IMG/VR virus record: IMGVR_UViG_3300010354_000079
Span: 1-64,000 of that record
DNA: 64,000 nt
Strand: one strand, 5' to 3'
Source of the DNA: a virus
Shown: piece by piece, positions 9,374 to 17,815 of the stretch
Numbering within the stretch: the first letter of the stretch is position 1
Layout of the letters: each line of letters starts with the position of its first letter
The notes under the pieces: generated by a model
Database searches by the model: none
The model's input: the letters and a program-made list of their open reading frames with translations, nothing else
Told to the model about the DNA's origin: nothing
Translations under genes and position numbers: made by a program

Positions 9374-9540
9374 TATACCCGTTTTTTAAGAAAGTAAACC
9401 CTATTGAGACTTTTTGTGCGAGAGACGAGGCAATCTCTGCGAGCTTTCGCTTGCTGGATAGCTCTCGGTTTGGATTTTCCTTTTTGCTTACGACCCTTCT
9501 CTCGAGGGCCGAGTTTGCAGCGAGTCGAGTCGTTTTCCAT
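9373..9540 (-). CDS. small highly basic protein (55 aa, MENDSTRCKLGPREKGRKQKGKSKPRAIQQAKARRDCLVSRTKSLNRVYFLKKRV)
   Basis: ATG 6 nt after TATGAT of cassette E5; stop overlaps next start by 1 nt; below the 60-aa ORF-track cutoff; replaces spurious 9258..9551. Confidence 0.45.
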   Translation of the reverse strand: MENDSTRCKLGPREKGRKQKGKSKPRAIQQAKARRDCLVSRTKSLNRVYFLKKRV

Positions 9541-9544
9541 GCAC

Positions 9545-9591
9545 CTATCATACCTGGTTACAGCAGGTGGGTAAAGGGCGGGTTACCGCCC
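9545..9591 (-). promoter_or_regulatory. cassette E5 (type A; -10 TATGAT, ATG +6)
   Basis: GGGCGGTAACCCGCCCTTTACccacctgctgtaaccaggTATGATaggtgcATG. Confidence 0.55.
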
Positions 9592-9597
9592 TAGGCT

Positions 9598-9864
9598 TTA
9601 GGGGCACGGACCAGAGAGAAACACACCGGATAGGTTGAGAGAGAAGCCAAGGGCAATCACTAGAACTACGTCCCACTGTTTTTGACGAATAAAGAATGGA
9701 AAGTTCAAAAGACTTCCGAAGAGAAGAATGATTAACCCTAGCTGGCGATTTCCGAACAGAACAAGGTACTGACCAGGAAACATACAAAAGTTTCCCAACA
9801 CACGAGCGTTGCTACTCAGAGTAGACATGTGTCTGAAGAATGACACCAACCTGTTTAAGTTCAT
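9598..9864 (-). CDS. hydrophobic membrane protein
   Basis: ORF track (TTG-ATG start); hydrophobic segments; stop overlaps cassette E5. Confidence 0.4.
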   Translation of the reverse strand: MNLNRLVSFFRHMSTLSSNARVLGNFCMFPGQYLVLFGNRQLGLIILLFGSLLNFPFFIRQKQWDVVLVIALGFSLNLSGVFLSGPCP

Positions 9865-9911
9865 CAAGATGTTTTTTGCCCCAGGGAATGTGGCACCAAA
9901 TTACCTTCTTG

Positions 9912-10829
9912 TCATTGGTTAGCAGTTGCACTGCTACTTTTTTCATGGTCGGATCGAGAGAGAGCCTGTAGAATTTTACCTAGCCTCTTCGGCTTCAGGA
10001 AGGACTTAAACTCGAGACCTTCAAACAAAGCAGTCACAACCTCGGTCTCAGGGTTCGAGGAAGCAAACCACGACAGATCAGGGATGTCGTTCTCGAGTGT
10101 CACTAGACGGTAATTACCCGTGAATGTTTCAGAGTGGTTCGAGACTTTGGAATGAAAAAGGATCCGGTCGTAAAGGGTCATCAGAGGGTCAAAAGTTTTA
10201 GCCTTCGACTCGTTTACAATCTTGGCTGCCGTCTTTGGCCCTATCCCAGGAATACCTTTCACATTGTCAGAAGCGTCTCCTGCCAAAGACTTGATAAAGC
10301 GGATCTCGTCCGGTTCCACTCCGTAATCCTCTCGCACCATGTTTTGGTCAAACAGGACCATTTTCTTAGCGGAGTTAAAGAGTAGAACCTTGACTCGGGG
10401 CGTGACCAACTGTAAGAGGTCTCGATCACATGTGAGTATGTGAACTTCCGTAAATGCCCGAGAATTTCTGGAAATATGCGCGATAATGTCGTCGGCTTCG
10501 AAACCCTCTTTACCAACCGGAGTGAACCCGAGAGCCGGAAGAACGTCCTCAACAAGAAGGCTCATGTCCGCAATATGCTCCATGCTCAGCTTGTTTCGGT
10601 TCGCCTTATACTCTGAGCCTTCCCTTTTACGGAAATTTCCCCCTTTATCGCAGCAAGGGACAATGCAGTCATATTTATACTTATCTGTCACAGAGAAAAG
10701 TGCATTGCAGAAACCATAGGTTCCTGTCACAGGTACTCCAAAACTCGTTGTCATTTCTCCCATAGCTCGTGTGAGGGCGGAGCGAGAGCGGTGAAAAAGA
10801 GCGGAAGTATCGACTAGGAGGAGTTTCAT
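9912..10829 (-). CDS. 5'-3' exonuclease / flap endonuclease (RNase H/FEN family)
   Basis: LLVDTSALFHR (PIN-like), GFEADDIIA, TCDRDLLQLV, SDNVKGIPGIGPKTAAKIV (H3TH). Confidence 0.8.
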   Translation of the reverse strand: MKLLLVDTSALFHRSRSALTRAMGEMTTSFGVPVTGTYGFCNALFSVTDKYKYDCIVPCCDKGGNFRKREGSEYKANRNKLSMEHIADMSLLVEDVLPALGFTPVGKEGFEADDIIAHISRNSRAFTEVHILTCDRDLLQLVTPRVKVLLFNSAKKMVLFDQNMVREDYGVEPDEIRFIKSLAGDASDNVKGIPGIGPKTAAKIVNESKAKTFDPLMTLYDRILFHSKVSNHSETFTGNYRLVTLENDIPDLSWFASSNPETEVVTALFEGLEFKSFLKPKRLGKILQALSRSDHEKSSSATANQ

Positions 10830-11545
10830 GGTTTGTGAAAAAATTGCTTAAAGGTGTTCTGAGTGACGTTGTAGGCTGTTAGGCAGCCGTCCCTTTTACT
10901 GTAAGCTCCGGTATCAATGTTGACCCTATCTTCTTTAACAACTGGCTGCCTCTTCACTCCTCCGTCTTCAAAAAGGGTTGGAGTATGACCATGAACAACT
11001 TTTTTCAAGTTCGGGCTCCACTTATGGAACTCTGGCCCATGCTTCAGGAACGGCTCTCGCATCCATAGAAAAGATTCGGCACGATTTTCATCAATGGTCT
11101 TTTGAGGATCGTGTCCCGGGAAGATCCCCCCGTGAACGAATAGAACATCCCCAATCGTCATATAGATTGGGAGTTCCCGAATCCACTCGGTATGGAGACG
11201 CTTTATTTCCTCCATTTGATCGAAGTTTGCCCCGTTTTGAAGCCACTCCCCCATTCCCCAGTTAGGAGCCGTGACGTAGTCCAAGAACATCCTTTCATGG
11301 TTTCCCATGAGCGCATAAAATGCCTGAAGCCCCCAACCCTCGGAGTCTTCGAGGAGGTTACGAGTTTTCTCTAGGACGTTAAGGTCTTCTCCTCCTCGAT
11401 CTATCATATCCCCCAAAAGAACGACTGTGCAACCAGTGTCCTTCACCCACGCAAGAAACTTATCGTAAAGGGTTGCGGTTGCGTGAATATCCCCGAGGGC
11501 AATCACGTCCCCAGGGATTATGTCGTCATTAAATTTCACAGTCAT
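10826..11545 (-). CDS. calcineurin-like metallophosphatase (lambda PPase/ApaH-like)
   Basis: GDIHA, GDMIDRG, GNHE, VHGHT motifs. Confidence 0.7.
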   Translation of the reverse strand: MTVKFNDDIIPGDVIALGDIHATATLYDKFLAWVKDTGCTVVLLGDMIDRGGEDLNVLEKTRNLLEDSEGWGLQAFYALMGNHERMFLDYVTAPNWGMGEWLQNGANFDQMEEIKRLHTEWIRELPIYMTIGDVLFVHGGIFPGHDPQKTIDENRAESFLWMREPFLKHGPEFHKWSPNLKKVVHGHTPTLFEDGGVKRQPVVKEDRVNIDTGAYSKRDGCLTAYNVTQNTFKQFFHKP

Positions 11546-11548
11546 GTC

Positions 11549-12022
11549 TTAGTGCACAAAGCGAACTTTGGAAAAACCCTCGTTGTAGATGTTCTTTATG
11601 GACGCCTCAAGGCTGGCGTGCATCTTTTCAATCACGTATTCGGGAACAAACCGAGGACGGGATGCGTTCTGATTAAGGCAGACCTTCAAAGGCTTGTAAA
11701 CGACGACTGCCACAACTTCGTCGTAACCATAAGAAAGAAGCATCTGAAGAGCGTCCTTACGGTAACGAGACTTGTAGTGAGTGTTATCCAGAATGATCGT
11801 CTTACCGACGTTGTCCTCCAGGATCTCGATCATACGATCGTGAATTTCGGAGTAGTTGCCCTGGATGTTTGGGTCGCCGTACAGCTCCTCGCGAATCGTG
11901 TCGCCGTTGATGATCACGGATCCCGGGATTTCCTTGTGGAGCTGGTTTGCCCAGGTGGACTTTCCGGAACCAGGGGCACCGACCATCATGTAGGCTTTCA
12001 TTGGAGAGGTTTTCTCGTTCAT
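11549..12022 (-). CDS. P-loop kinase, polynucleotide-kinase-like (possible 5'-OH kinase or hmU-DNA kinase)
   Basis: MMVGAPGSGKSTWA Walker A; start trimmed to MNEKTS, 6 nt after TATAAT of cassette E6. Confidence 0.55.
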   Translation of the reverse strand: MNEKTSPMKAYMMVGAPGSGKSTWANQLHKEIPGSVIINGDTIREELYGDPNIQGNYSEIHDRMIEILEDNVGKTIILDNTHYKSRYRKDALQMLLSYGYDEVVAVVVYKPLKVCLNQNASRPRFVPEYVIEKMHASLEASIKNIYNEGFSKVRFVH

Positions 12023-12026
12023 ACCC

Positions 12027-12094
12027 TTATTATAGCGCCAGCGCCTCCCTGAACAGGGCGGCAAACCGGCCACCCAAAGGGTGGGTTACCGCCC
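12027..12094 (-). promoter_or_regulatory. cassette E6 (type B variant; -10 TATAAT, ATG +6)
   Basis: GGGCGGTAACCCACCC...GGCCGGTTTGCCGCCC...TATAATaagggtATG. Confidence 0.5.
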
Positions 12095-12310
12095 TCAGCT
12101 GTTGCAGAAGAAGTGGTATTCCTCCAACCATTCTTGCAGAGGGTCGTCATTTATGACTTCCCCACTGTTTTCGACGTAGTCGCGAACCACCCACGCTTTC
12201 TCAGAGAACTCTCTCTCACTCCATGGGGGTTGTTGATCACCAATGGATAGACCTGATTTTCCGCGAGTTAAACGGAAAAGTTTTTTCTGAATGCGTAGAG
12301 GGTCTTTCAT
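12095..12310 (-). CDS. hypothetical protein (71 aa)
   Basis: ORF track; stop abuts cassette E6. Confidence 0.4.
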   Translation of the reverse strand: MKDPLRIQKKLFRLTRGKSGLSIGDQQPPWSEREFSEKAWVVRDYVENSGEVINDDPLQEWLEEYHFFCNS

Positions 12311-12316
12311 TTGGGG

Positions 12317-12586
12317 TTAGCCTTTATCCGGAACAGGAAAAAATTCTTCGGGAGTCGTGTACTTCTCGATCAAGTCGGTGTACCCCGCGTTTAGGACCGA
12401 TTGGAGAAGGTCTTGATCCTCTAAGTTTTCCAGAAAGTCTTTCAAATGAAGGGAATATACACGTAGTAGTTCACTAACGGGAGTGTTGTTAATGACTCTG
12501 GAAACTACTTCGTTCTCAAACTCTTTGCGATTTTCCATAGACATGTTCTTAGTTTCAGTTTGGTTCTTAGTTGTTGGGATCAGCAT
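12317..12586 (-). CDS. hypothetical protein (89 aa)
   Basis: ORF track. Confidence 0.4.
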   Translation of the reverse strand: MLIPTTKNQTETKNMSMENRKEFENEVVSRVINNTPVSELLRVYSLHLKDFLENLEDQDLLQSVLNAGYTDLIEKYTTPEEFFPVPDKG

Positions 12587-12604
12587 CTGGGAAGTTACCT
12601 GCTA

Positions 12605-13516
12605 TTACTTCGATTTCTTTCCTTTCTCGCATTTGTTAAACTTAAATCTAGGAAAGAACTTCTTACGTAAGCGATACTTACATTTTCTTCTCAGCAGAAG
12701 AGAGAGAATGTCCCAGCACCAGCGTCTTTTCGTATTCTTTCTGATTACTAAAACTTTTTCTCCTTCGAGGCCAAACTTGGGTGTGGTTCGTCCTTTCCAG
12801 TTCAAGCCGATTCCGGGCTTACTTTCTAGGTGAATGACCGGAACTTCCGGCAAAAGCTCTCTTTTGTCCCTCGGCCACTTTTTAGCGTGAAGGACATCGG
12901 TTCGATCCGCGAAACCGTGTTGATCTGGGTATTCGTAGACCCCTGACCCCTTTGGGTTCCATAGCTGAAAATAACCGATCGGTTCATACCCGCCATGGTA
13001 GTTTTTGTACTCAGCCAACCGCACCCCTACCGGGAAACTATCTAAGTGAATAAATATCCAGGAATCTTGTAACGGAGGAGTAGTGTCCAGAAAGTTCAAC
13101 CACTCTCTGTACCCAGGGCACATTAACCTATCTGCCCCATAGAGTTTTTGCGGGTCTAACGGAAGATTTTCAAGGATGTCTCGAGTTAAAGGGGGCAGGT
13201 ATATATCTGAGTCTAGGTGAAGAACCCACCCATCGAGACTCAATCTTTTCAAACCTTCGTTGATACCTTTTCCTTTGTTAAAGGCATCTCCCCCTTCGTA
13301 GAAAACGTCTGTCTGAACACATTCTACGTTATAAAAATCGCAGCACTTTTTGGTTTCTGCGTCTTTCGTGTCAGTCACTACGACTAACTTGTTGAACTGG
13401 TTTCTTACGCTTGGTAAAGTGTGCCTTAGGAAGTCTGAGTAGTTCACGCACACGATAACGGCTTCAAGCTTCATCTTCAAGGTGAGGGGTCGTTTAACTA
13501 AGTTTACCCTCATCAC
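12605..13516 (-). CDS. GT-A fold glycosyltransferase (putative)
   Basis: N-terminal AVIVCVNYSDFL...LVVVTDTKD and HLDSDIY (DxD-like) resemble family-2-type GTs; basic C-tail. Confidence 0.4.
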   Translation of the reverse strand: MMRVNLVKRPLTLKMKLEAVIVCVNYSDFLRHTLPSVRNQFNKLVVVTDTKDAETKKCCDFYNVECVQTDVFYEGGDAFNKGKGINEGLKRLSLDGWVLHLDSDIYLPPLTRDILENLPLDPQKLYGADRLMCPGYREWLNFLDTTPPLQDSWIFIHLDSFPVGVRLAEYKNYHGGYEPIGYFQLWNPKGSGVYEYPDQHGFADRTDVLHAKKWPRDKRELLPEVPVIHLESKPGIGLNWKGRTTPKFGLEGEKVLVIRKNTKRRWCWDILSLLLRRKCKYRLRKKFFPRFKFNKCEKGKKSK

Positions 13517-13520
13517 TTGT

Positions 13521-13682
13521 TTAGCTTTTTAGACGAAGCCAGCTTCGAAGAGTCGCAAATTGACGAATCTTCTCTCGAACTTCTGCTGAATCTTCCAGCT
13601 CACAAGAATCCTGAAGTTGTTGAAGATAGTTGTCAATGGCTTCAAGGGCCATGTCGTGATCTTGTCGCGAGAGCAGGCTCAT
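13521..13682 (-). CDS. hypothetical small protein (53 aa)
   Basis: ATG overlaps stop of 13679..14974 (ATGA); not in ORF track (<60 aa). Confidence 0.35.
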   Translation of the reverse strand: MSLLSRQDHDMALEAIDNYLQQLQDSCELEDSAEVREKIRQFATLRSWLRLKS

Positions 13683-14974
13683 TGGTAGCCCCTCGGGGTA
13701 TTAAACTTTCTCACTCGAACCTCGTTCAATCCCGCCATCGGCCTCTCTTGGCTTGGAAGTCCTGAAGTGAAGACGTCTGTGATCTGCCAAAGAAAGTGCT
13801 CATCCATCTCCTTCAAAGATTGAGAAACGGGTCGAATCGAAACTCCCTGATTCTTATCAACTTCCTTTAAAAGGTCTGACACAAATTCTTCAAGTGAAGT
13901 GTCGGTTCCGGTTTTAGGGAGCCCTACAATCAAGCTGCGGGAATCTCCTTTTCGCTCTAGAAGTTCTTCCAAGAGGGATTTGGAGCCTCTCTTCAAGTCT
14001 TCAACAGAAACTTTAACTTCAGGCTCGATTCGGGTGGAATAAACTCCTCTGTTGCTAGCTTTTCTTCGGACAAGATCTACGGACCCTCTCACCCCTTTGC
14101 GGAAACTTCGGAAAAGAATCTCTGACTCTGTGAATAGGCTCTTGAAGGGGTTGTAGCCAAGGGACTTACAGAAGTATAAATCGGAAAAAGAGTCCGAGGG
14201 GCTCAAAGTTTGAATTTCCCAAGTCACTTGGGCGAGAATGTTCTTAACCTCGTGAAAGCCTATCGAAGAGAAACCATTTGAAATGGTAAAATCCCATGAG
14301 GCCATCCAGCTTAGAAAGCCGGGGGAGTAGGATCCATCTTCTTTTTGAAGACCGTTATAGGCCCTCAAGTGGCTGTGTTCTCCACTGGCCAGTTCTTGAA
14401 TCGAACTCGGTTTGGTCTCTTTTCCGAAAGCGTCCTTGTAGTAGTAAAGGTCCGCGGTGATTACATCGATTGCTTCCACCTTTTCCCGAAGTTTGTCTTC
14501 GAGAACCTTTCGTTCCTTGGGAAATCGGCCGTAGTTTGTGTAGTCTCGAAGCAAGATAAGCCTGGACTTAAGTTCCTGGGGAGTTAAAGAGTCAACCCAC
14601 CTCCAGAACTGAAGGACTTTTCTCCAGTTGGCACCGAGAACGAGCCAGGGTTCTTTGAGCACTATTCCCGGATTTTCACTTGAAAAGTCATTGAATCTTC
14701 GAAGAAGGATGGCGTGAATGGTACTTGTCCCGAGTGTCTTCGCTGCGAAAGTGTCTAGAGACTCAGGGTAAGCATCCCCCGTTTCAAAAACCCTTCCGGA
14801 GAAGAGCCCTGAAGAAAAAGCCTTAAAGTCGAATTTCCCCATACTCAAAGCGTCCATTACTACGACACTCTGAGCACAGGGATTGCAGTCTCGGTCAAGA
14901 GCGGCGCCCTTTGAAGGTCTTTTCTCAACCGATTCCCACTTTTGGTATAGCTTATTGATTAGCTTTTTGTTCAT
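13679..14974 (-). CDS. hypothetical protein (431 aa)
   Basis: ORF track; contains GLPKTGT P-loop-like segment; no confident family. Confidence 0.45.
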   Translation of the reverse strand: MNKKLINKLYQKWESVEKRPSKGAALDRDCNPCAQSVVVMDALSMGKFDFKAFSSGLFSGRVFETGDAYPESLDTFAAKTLGTSTIHAILLRRFNDFSSENPGIVLKEPWLVLGANWRKVLQFWRWVDSLTPQELKSRLILLRDYTNYGRFPKERKVLEDKLREKVEAIDVITADLYYYKDAFGKETKPSSIQELASGEHSHLRAYNGLQKEDGSYSPGFLSWMASWDFTISNGFSSIGFHEVKNILAQVTWEIQTLSPSDSFSDLYFCKSLGYNPFKSLFTESEILFRSFRKGVRGSVDLVRRKASNRGVYSTRIEPEVKVSVEDLKRGSKSLLEELLERKGDSRSLIVGLPKTGTDTSLEEFVSDLLKEVDKNQGVSIRPVSQSLKEMDEHFLWQITDVFTSGLPSQERPMAGLNEVRVRKFNTPRGYQ

Positions 14975-14992
14975 ACCTTCTTAATTAGTTTA

Positions 14993-15082
14993 TAGGCGCC
15001 TAGGGAATCGAACCCTAACTAGCCGGTAATCTGCCGGAGCGGTCCTTATAGGGGACCCTGTGCTACCTTACACCAGACGCCC
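14993..15082 (-). tRNA. atypical type-II tRNA-like gene (anticodon loop CCUAUAA)
   Basis: 7-bp acceptor stem GGGCGUC/GGCGCCU (2 G-U), D-arm GUGU-AAGGUA-GCAC, anticodon stem GGUCC/GGACC, long variable hairpin CCGG-CAGAUUA-CCGG, T-arm UAGGG-UUCGAUU-CCCUA; two nt between D and anticodon stems and C at position 33 are non-canonical. Confidence 0.45.
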
Positions 15083-15108
15083 AAATCAAAGGGCCAAAAG
15101 GCCCTCAA

Positions 15109-15261
15109 ATATCAACCTTGAATCAAGTCCCAGTCCCTTTTGCAATCTTCGAGAACAGTTAGAATTTCGCTGGCTGTTTCTGCCAGGTCAAGACGGAGGA
15201 AGGCACTCTTACGGAATTCCAGGTGTTCCGCAATTTTCAAGGTTTGCTTTTGAAAAGTCAT
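15109..15261 (-). CDS. hypothetical small protein (50 aa)
   Basis: minus-strand ORF MTFQKQTLKIAEHLEFRKSAFLRLDLAETASEILTVLEDCKRDWDLIQG; antisense to plus-strand track ORF 15060..15302. Confidence 0.25.
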
Positions 15262-15328
15262 TTCGGGTAGTAGTTGGTTTGGTAGTGTTGACCCAGACGT
15301 AGTATAGCCGGGTCTCGTCGTGGTAAAC

Positions 15329-15616
15329 CTAGTTACGCATCGACGTAATAAGGCGAGCGGTCCCTGGAGATCGGTTCTCCATCATTTTTCCTACTTTAGC
15401 TAGCTCATCTTGTTTTAGAACCATTTGGTTAAAGTCTTCGGCGGATCTCCAAAAGTTTGTGATAGTGACTTGACCATTTGCCGTATAGGTTGTGTCCTTC
15501 TTTAGAAATCCCGGCTGCCGTTGAAGCCAGGGATTCCAAACTTCGCTATCCGCTTTCAAATAGTCCTTCGAGAACTCAGGTGGCTGGACCTGAAAAATCA
15601 GTCGTTGAATCAGCAT
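15329..15616 (-). CDS. hypothetical protein (95 aa)
   Basis: ORF track. Confidence 0.35.
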   Translation of the reverse strand: MLIQRLIFQVQPPEFSKDYLKADSEVWNPWLQRQPGFLKKDTTYTANGQVTITNFWRSAEDFNQMVLKQDELAKVGKMMENRSPGTARLITSMRN

Positions 15617-15950
15617 CGGTTTCTCGTTTCCAGATTCCCCACTTTCCGATAGGGCACTCCATGTTTGCTGCGGCAGTCTTCAAGGGCATGAAACATTGGC
15701 AAATGTCGCACTTTTGAGAGTCAGAGATAAACCTATCGCAATTTCTGCAGATTTCTAATCTTTCCGCAGCAGTTTTACGAGGGGCCACTGTAGGATCCGC
15801 CAAAAAACGTGCGGCGGAATCTTTGAGAGAGGCAGCGAAACTTCTTCTACAGCATTCTGTGGGTTGTTCTTGTGTCATATCTGAACCTCCTGGTAGTTTT
15901 ACCCTTCTGAACAAGTCTTCAGTCGTCTCGTTCTTTCGCAAAGACATCAA
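15576..15950 (-). CDS. Cys-rich (zinc-binding?) hypothetical protein
   Basis: CRNCDRF...CDICQC...MECPIGKWG cysteine clusters; real start may be internal MTQEQ. Confidence 0.4.
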   Translation of the reverse strand: MMSLRKNETTEDLFRRVKLPGGSDMTQEQPTECCRRSFAASLKDSAARFLADPTVAPRKTAAERLEICRNCDRFISDSQKCDICQCFMPLKTAAANMECPIGKWGIWKRETDADSTTDFSGPAT

Positions 15951-16125
15951 TGAAGGTGGACAGGTCTATACCTACCAAGTCAGCGAGGTCGGTCATCTCA
16001 GAGTCCGACAGAGTGTCTTCTGGAACAAAAGTTTTGTGAATCAAACGGCAAGTGGAAGCAGGAATCACAGTCCCTGAAGAGTCGATTACCAGCATTTCTT
16101 GAAGGATTTCTTGGGCAGTATTCAT
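15919..16125 (-). CDS. hypothetical protein (68 aa)
   Basis: ORF track. Confidence 0.35.
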   Translation of the reverse strand: MNTAQEILQEMLVIDSSGTVIPASTCRLIHKTFVPEDTLSDSEMTDLADLVGIDLSTFIDVFAKERDD

Positions 16126-16229
16126 GTCTGTGTATGGAAATGGGAGGGGGGACGAAACAACGCCAGCCTCTCTGAGCGATCCGCAAGGGAGCTTGGCGGC
16201 CGAGGCTCAGGGGCCTGGGTCGGGTCGGG

Positions 16230-16640
16230 TCAGCGGTCCTTCTGGGGCTCGCCAAGGACAGGCTGAAGGCCAGGGATACCCAGCTGCCCGTTACCGGATT
16301 CGATACGTGCCAGGCGTATACGGTCCATACGTTTAGGCGTGAGCAAAGTGAGAAACACTTCTGGATGGACCTTAACAGGGACCCCTGTACTTCCAGGGGC
16401 TGGCATTACCAGTCTGACGTAGGGGTTCTTTATTCGAAAGGGAAGATATTCGTCGAGCGGCTCAGGGCGACTTCGAGCCACTATACCTAACGATGTCGCG
16501 TCGTAAAAGTCGGGCTCGACTTGTTCTTCGGCCCACTTTTCTGCAGTGTCTTCGTCCGGCGCCCATACCAAGACTTCCTCCTCAGCAACCCATTCCTCAG
16601 AGAGAGTAACTCGAAATAGGTTTAGGTCTTCGGCGTCCAT
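16230..16640 (-). CDS. hypothetical acidic protein (136 aa)
   Basis: ORF track. Confidence 0.4.
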   Translation of the reverse strand: MDAEDLNLFRVTLSEEWVAEEEVLVWAPDEDTAEKWAEEQVEPDFYDATSLGIVARSRPEPLDEYLPFRIKNPYVRLVMPAPGSTGVPVKVHPEVFLTLLTPKRMDRIRLARIESGNGQLGIPGLQPVLGEPQKDR

Positions 16641-16655
16641 TCTAATTCTCTCTGC

Positions 16656-17327
16656 TTACGAAGGAGGCGTGGCACAGTTTTGCAGAGGCCCAATAAACTT
16701 CTCAAAGATTGGGACAAAGACAGGGTTCGTCACCATTCCTTTCAGCTCTCCGGTTGCGTGGTGAATGCAGCTCAACCCGACATAGCCTGTACTGTTTTGG
16801 GAAGGGGTCATCGAGGTATTAACCGACTGGGGGAGAATACTTGGAGCCTTTTCACGAAGACGATTCACCTTGTTGGAAACATTGGCAGATACTTTCCCTA
16901 CCAATAGGATATCGATATGGTTGAACTCCCTTTCAATATTCTCCCAATCTTCTTCTTGAAGATTATCCAACCTTTTCCAAAAGTCGAGTACGGTCTCATA
17001 GTTTGGGCCGAGGTACTTTTCCGGATTGGTTAGAACGTCGGACGGGGCTCCCTCCGTGGTGTCATTAATTACTCTGAGCAAAACCGAGTGGGATACCGAT
17101 ATGCCGAGAAGCTCTGCGACTTCCTTATCGGCATCGATCTGCTCCATTTGAAGAAGGTCTTCCTCGGAAAGTCCTGCCGCGATATGTAGGACTTGCCCCT
17201 GGGCGCACATGCAAGTTGTTGGCGGCTGGCCTTCTGCAGGGGGCTCACTCGAAATCAGATGCCCCTTGAAAGGGATGTTTCGCGGGTCTTTCCAGAAGGA
17301 AAGAATTTTCTCTGTGGCTGTGTTCAT
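16656..17327 (-). CDS. hypothetical protein (223 aa)
   Basis: ORF track. Confidence 0.45.
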   Translation of the reverse strand: MNTATEKILSFWKDPRNIPFKGHLISSEPPAEGQPPTTCMCAQGQVLHIAAGLSEEDLLQMEQIDADKEVAELLGISVSHSVLLRVINDTTEGAPSDVLTNPEKYLGPNYETVLDFWKRLDNLQEEDWENIEREFNHIDILLVGKVSANVSNKVNRLREKAPSILPQSVNTSMTPSQNSTGYVGLSCIHHATGELKGMVTNPVFVPIFEKFIGPLQNCATPPS

Positions 17328-17337
17328 TTAAATAGAG

Positions 17338-17754
17338 TCAGGAGTTACGGGAAATTACTTCTTGGAGAAAAGTCAGGGCATCTTCGGAGTCGTCGTAGAA
17401 GTGACTGTAAGCCTCCAAACCCAACAAGACTCGGCCAACGCCTGCTGGATAATAGTCGAATGTAAGAGGGCCAGCCATTACTTGGGCGAAACCGGCGATG
17501 CAGTGAACGGTTCCACAATTATGGTAAGTGACGTATGGTACACTAACCGAATGCCACTTTTCCATGTTCAAGTTATGCCGATCCCTTTCTACAATCCAAA
17601 GGGCAACATGGAGAAGATTCTCCTCCTGTTGCTGCGGGCTGAGGTCAGGATTCAACCAGTCGCTAGGAATGTGGGGTAACCTGGGCAACCCCGGAGTCAT
17701 GTCCTGTGAGGCCAGTTCGAGCTTCTGTCGAGTCTGTTGGGTCAGAGTGGTCAT
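17338..17754 (-). CDS. hypothetical protein (139 aa, start trimmed to MTTLTQQ)
   Basis: ATG 2 nt after TATTTA of hairpin-promoter element E7; ORF-track N-extension overlaps E7. Confidence 0.45.
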   Translation of the reverse strand: MTTLTQQTRQKLELASQDMTPGLPRLPHIPSDWLNPDLSPQQQEENLLHVALWIVERDRHNLNMEKWHSVSVPYVTYHNCGTVHCIAGFAQVMAGPLTFDYYPAGVGRVLLGLEAYSHFYDDSEDALTFLQEVISRNS

Positions 17755-17815
17755 TTTAAATAGCGTTGTTTCGATATGGACTATCAAAGGGTGGCGATTA
17801 AGCCACCCCCAGGAT
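17755..17815 (-). promoter_or_regulatory. hairpin + promoter-like element E7
   Basis: GGGTGGC-TTAAT-CGCCACCC hairpin then TTTGAT...TATTTAaaATG. Confidence 0.4.

Noticed and set aside
9258-9551. 97-aa ORF starting at the ATG embedded in the -10 hexamer (TATGAT) of cassette E5
   Set aside because: It overlaps the next gene by 116 nt. The 55-aa ORF from the ATG 6 nt after the hexamer ends exactly at the next gene's start (TAATG), matching the packing seen elsewhere.
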